Origin: an uncultured Dehalococcoidaceae bacterium
GTDB taxonomy: Bacteria; Chloroflexota; Dehalococcoidia; Dehalococcoidales; RBG-16-60-22
Assembly: GCA_964558675.1 (NCBI GenBank)
Contig: CAZLEY010000006.1
Coordinates: 15,043-79,042 of the forward strand
DNA length: 64,000 bases
Direction: 5' to 3'
Below, in pieces: positions 62,243-64,000 of the stretch (the stretch's first letter is position 1; every line of letters starts with the position of its first letter). Made by a program: the position numbers and the translations under genes. The notes beneath the pieces were generated by a model. The model made no database searches and had not been told where the DNA came from. It saw only the letters and a program-made list of their open reading frames with translations.

Positions 62243-62960
62243 AATTTACCCCAGCAGCAAGGAGGCTCTAGCTGATGTCTTTAGTGGCGCCACCATACTA
62301 TGCGGCGGCTTCGGCTGTGTAGGTGGTATGCCATCAACATTATTCCGGGCACTGGCTGAGCTGCCGGTAAAGAACCTGACTCTCGTCGGTAATGCGCCGG
62401 TACTCGGTATGGAAGCTCAACAAACTGCCGCCAGGACTATCCAGGTCCCGGAATCGTATGCCGATGGTTCATTGCTGTTAAGAAACGGCCAGGTAAGCAA
62501 ATTGATTGTTTCCGTACCGGCCATGGCCATATATCGAATGCAGGAGCCCTTCCCCATCGTCAAGGCTCTGCAGGATGGGCAGGACATCGATATTGAGCTC
62601 GTCGCTCAGGGAACCCTTGCCAAAAGGATAAAAGCCGCCAGAGAAGGCGTCCCTGCTTTCTACACTCGCACCGGTGTGGGAACGCTTCTCGAGAAGGGGA
62701 AAGAAGTCAGACAGATTGATGGTCAGGATTACCTGCTAGAATACGCCATCAAATCTGACTTCGCTATTATCTGGGCTTATAAAGCGGACCGTTACGGCAA
62801 TCTCGTCTACAAAGGTACTTCCCGTACCTTCAACGCAACGATGGCCGGAGCCGCTACCGTCACCGTTGCCGAGGTGGCGGAGGTGGTCGAGCTGGGGAAG
62901 CTGGACCCTGAGGCGGTGGCTACGCCCGGGATTTACGTAAACCGTGTCGTCAGGAGATAA
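62238..62960 (+). CDS. 3-oxoacid CoA-transferase subunit A
   Basis: MNKIYPSSKEALADVFSGATILCGGFG. ATG 62238 overlaps the HyuB stop (track start 62190 lies inside hyuB). Confidence 0.8.
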   Translation, partial: NKIYPSSKEALADVFSGATILCGGFGCVGGMPSTLFRALAELPVKNLTLVGNAPVLGMEAQQTAARTIQVPESYADGSLLLRNGQVSKLIVSVPAMAIYRMQEPFPIVKALQDGQDIDIELVAQGTLAKRIKAAREGVPAFYTRTGVGTLLEKGKEVRQIDGQDYLLEYAIKSDFAIIWAYKADRYGNLVYKGTSRTFNATMAGAATVTVAEVAEVVELGKLDPEAVATPGIYVNRVVRR

Positions 62961-62967
62961 TGAGAGA

Positions 62968-63684
62968 ATGAGTATGCCAAAAGGTAGACTGGATGAGCAG
63001 ACTATAGCCATGCGTGTGGCCAGGGAATTTCAGGACGGGATGGTGGTTAATCTGGGGGGCGGTATACCGAGCCTGGCATGCAACTTCGTCGCTGAGGGCA
63101 GAGAGGTCCTGTTCCATACGGAGAATGGAGCGCTGGGCTATGGCGGCACGGCTTCAACGGAGGAAGTAGACTGGGACCTTTTCAACGCCAGCTTTCAGCC
63201 GGTTACCCCATCACCGGGCATGAGTTTCTTCGGCCATGACGAATCTTTCGGCATGATTACCGGCGGCCATGTTGATATCAGTGTCCTCGGGGCACTGGAG
63301 GTATCCGAGAAGGGTGACCTGGCTAATTGGGCGATAGGGAATATGGCTGACTATGATGGAGACGCCGTCGCCTGGATAAGGACGGGCAGGTTCCCCCCTG
63401 GTATCGGGGGAGCTATGGACCTTGCCGTGGGAGCCAAAAGGGTTATGGTAGCCATGATTCACACCACGAAAGATGGCAGCCCGAAGATTGTTAGAGAATG
63501 CAAGTACGAGTTGACGGCCCGGCAGTGCGTGTCGTTAATCTTTACTGATATGGCCGTTATCGAAGTTACACCGGCCGGACTGCTTTTAAAGGAAGTAGCC
63601 CCGGGGTTGACTCCGGACGACGTTCAGGCGGTAACCGAGCCGCAACTGATTATTGCCGACGATGTCAGGGAGATAGAGCTATAG
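62968..63684 (+). CDS. 3-oxoacid CoA-transferase subunit B
   Basis: MVVNLGGGIPS and the catalytic-Glu context HTENGALGYG. ATG 62968 follows an AGGAGA SD. Confidence 0.8.
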   Translation: MSMPKGRLDEQTIAMRVAREFQDGMVVNLGGGIPSLACNFVAEGREVLFHTENGALGYGGTASTEEVDWDLFNASFQPVTPSPGMSFFGHDESFGMITGGHVDISVLGALEVSEKGDLANWAIGNMADYDGDAVAWIRTGRFPPGIGGAMDLAVGAKRVMVAMIHTTKDGSPKIVRECKYELTARQCVSLIFTDMAVIEVTPAGLLLKEVAPGLTPDDVQAVTEPQLIIADDVREIEL

Positions 63685-63723
63685 CTTCGAGGGTAAGTTA
63701 AAGAAATAAATGAGGATAATGGA

Positions 63724-64000
63724 ATGAAAAACAGAGTTCCGTTCAGGGAAGGCCTGTTTGAAGAGACTTCTGGAAAAGGGTCGTTGATAGGAGCCAGGTG
63801 CCGGCAGTGCGGACAGATAATCTTCCCGAGGAGAGAAGCATGCCTGAACTGCCTGGGTCAGGACCTGGAGCCTGTACGTCTGAGCCGGAATGGTAAACTC
63901 TACGCTTATACCATCGTGCATATGCCCAGTGAGCACTTTGAACCTCCCTATGCTATCGGCTGGATAGAACTCCCGGAGGGGATACGGATATTCAGCCAGA
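63724..64000 (+). CDS. DUF35-type Zn-ribbon/OB-fold protein, N-terminal part (runs off the window)
   Basis: Not in the track. ATG 63724 follows a TGAGGA SD. MKNRVPFREGLFEETSGKGSLIGARCRQCGQIIFPRREACLNCLGQDLEPVRLSRNGKLYAYTIVH has the rubredoxin-like CxxC..CxxC plus OB start, typical of the partner of SCP-x/thiolase-like enzymes. Confidence 0.65.
   Translation, partial: MKNRVPFREGLFEETSGKGSLIGARCRQCGQIIFPRREACLNCLGQDLEPVRLSRNGKLYAYTIVHMPSEHFEPPYAIGWIELPEGIRIFSQ

Noticed and set aside
1-64000. Search for defence islands, toxin-antitoxin pairs, CRISPR-Cas, retrons, DGRs, transposons, rRNA/tRNA genes
   Set aside because: I saw no reverse transcriptase, nuclease/helicase combinations, Cas-like proteins, IS inverted repeats or structured RNA genes apart from the riboswitch. 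This absence rests on reading by eye only and should be confirmed with HMM and covariance-model scans.

Overview
The 64-kb window holds about 62 protein-coding genes, mostly in tight operons with GGAGG-type Shine-Dalgarno sites, frequent GTG/TTG starts and many overlapping stop/start junctions. I found no rRNA, tRNA, CRISPR array, transposase, integrase or recognisable defence genes. Layout: (i) 1-14.9 kb holds anaerobic organic-acid metabolism genes. These are a two-subunit 2-hydroxyacyl-CoA-dehydratase-family pair, an enolase-superfamily enzyme, a bicupin, two hydroxyacid dehydrogenases, a GlcD/GlcF/GlcE-like FAD/Fe-S oxidase trio, an ECF-sigma remnant and an MFS transporter. (ii) 15.1-38.9 kb holds a type IV pilus-like locus: major pilin, pilB, pilC, two minor pilins, a PilX-like seven-repeat protein, PilO-like and a PilM-PilN fusion. 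It is interleaved with three large multi-PAS histidine kinases, six receiver domains (one lacking the phospho-acceptor Asp) and three small HTH proteins. (iii) 39.0-41.0 kb holds TRAP DctQ/DctM with no DctP. (iv) 41.1-50.2 kb holds a cobalamin riboswitch followed by one operon, btuFCD-cbiB-cobD-cobT-cobS-cobQ-cobU (B12 import and nucleotide-loop assembly, no corrin-ring synthesis). (v) 50.3-53.8 kb holds a GYD protein, a Zn-ribbon/wHTH protein, a small membrane protein, a SpoU/TrmH methyltransferase and a 444-aa URO-D/MtaA-like protein. (vi) 53.8-64.0 kb holds a MarR regulator divergent from a five-gene ATP-dependent ketone-carboxylase-like cluster (two HyuA paralogues, a small Zn gamma subunit, a degenerate URO-D-like protein, HyuB), then CoA-transferase A/B and a DUF35 protein. 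The gene content (a pilus locus with no secretin, B12 salvage only, MEDS/PAS kinases) suggests an anaerobic Chloroflexota/Dehalococcoidia-like genome; this is low-confidence inference. The most interesting items are the pilus-operon protein with a pseudopilin-like N-terminus and seven near-identical 52-aa repeats (a candidate propeller tip protein), five equal-length 384-bp PAS modules shared by three kinases, the acetophenone-carboxylase-like five-gene cluster with an embedded URO-D-fold gene, and helically phased GTGA repeats upstream of regulator genes.
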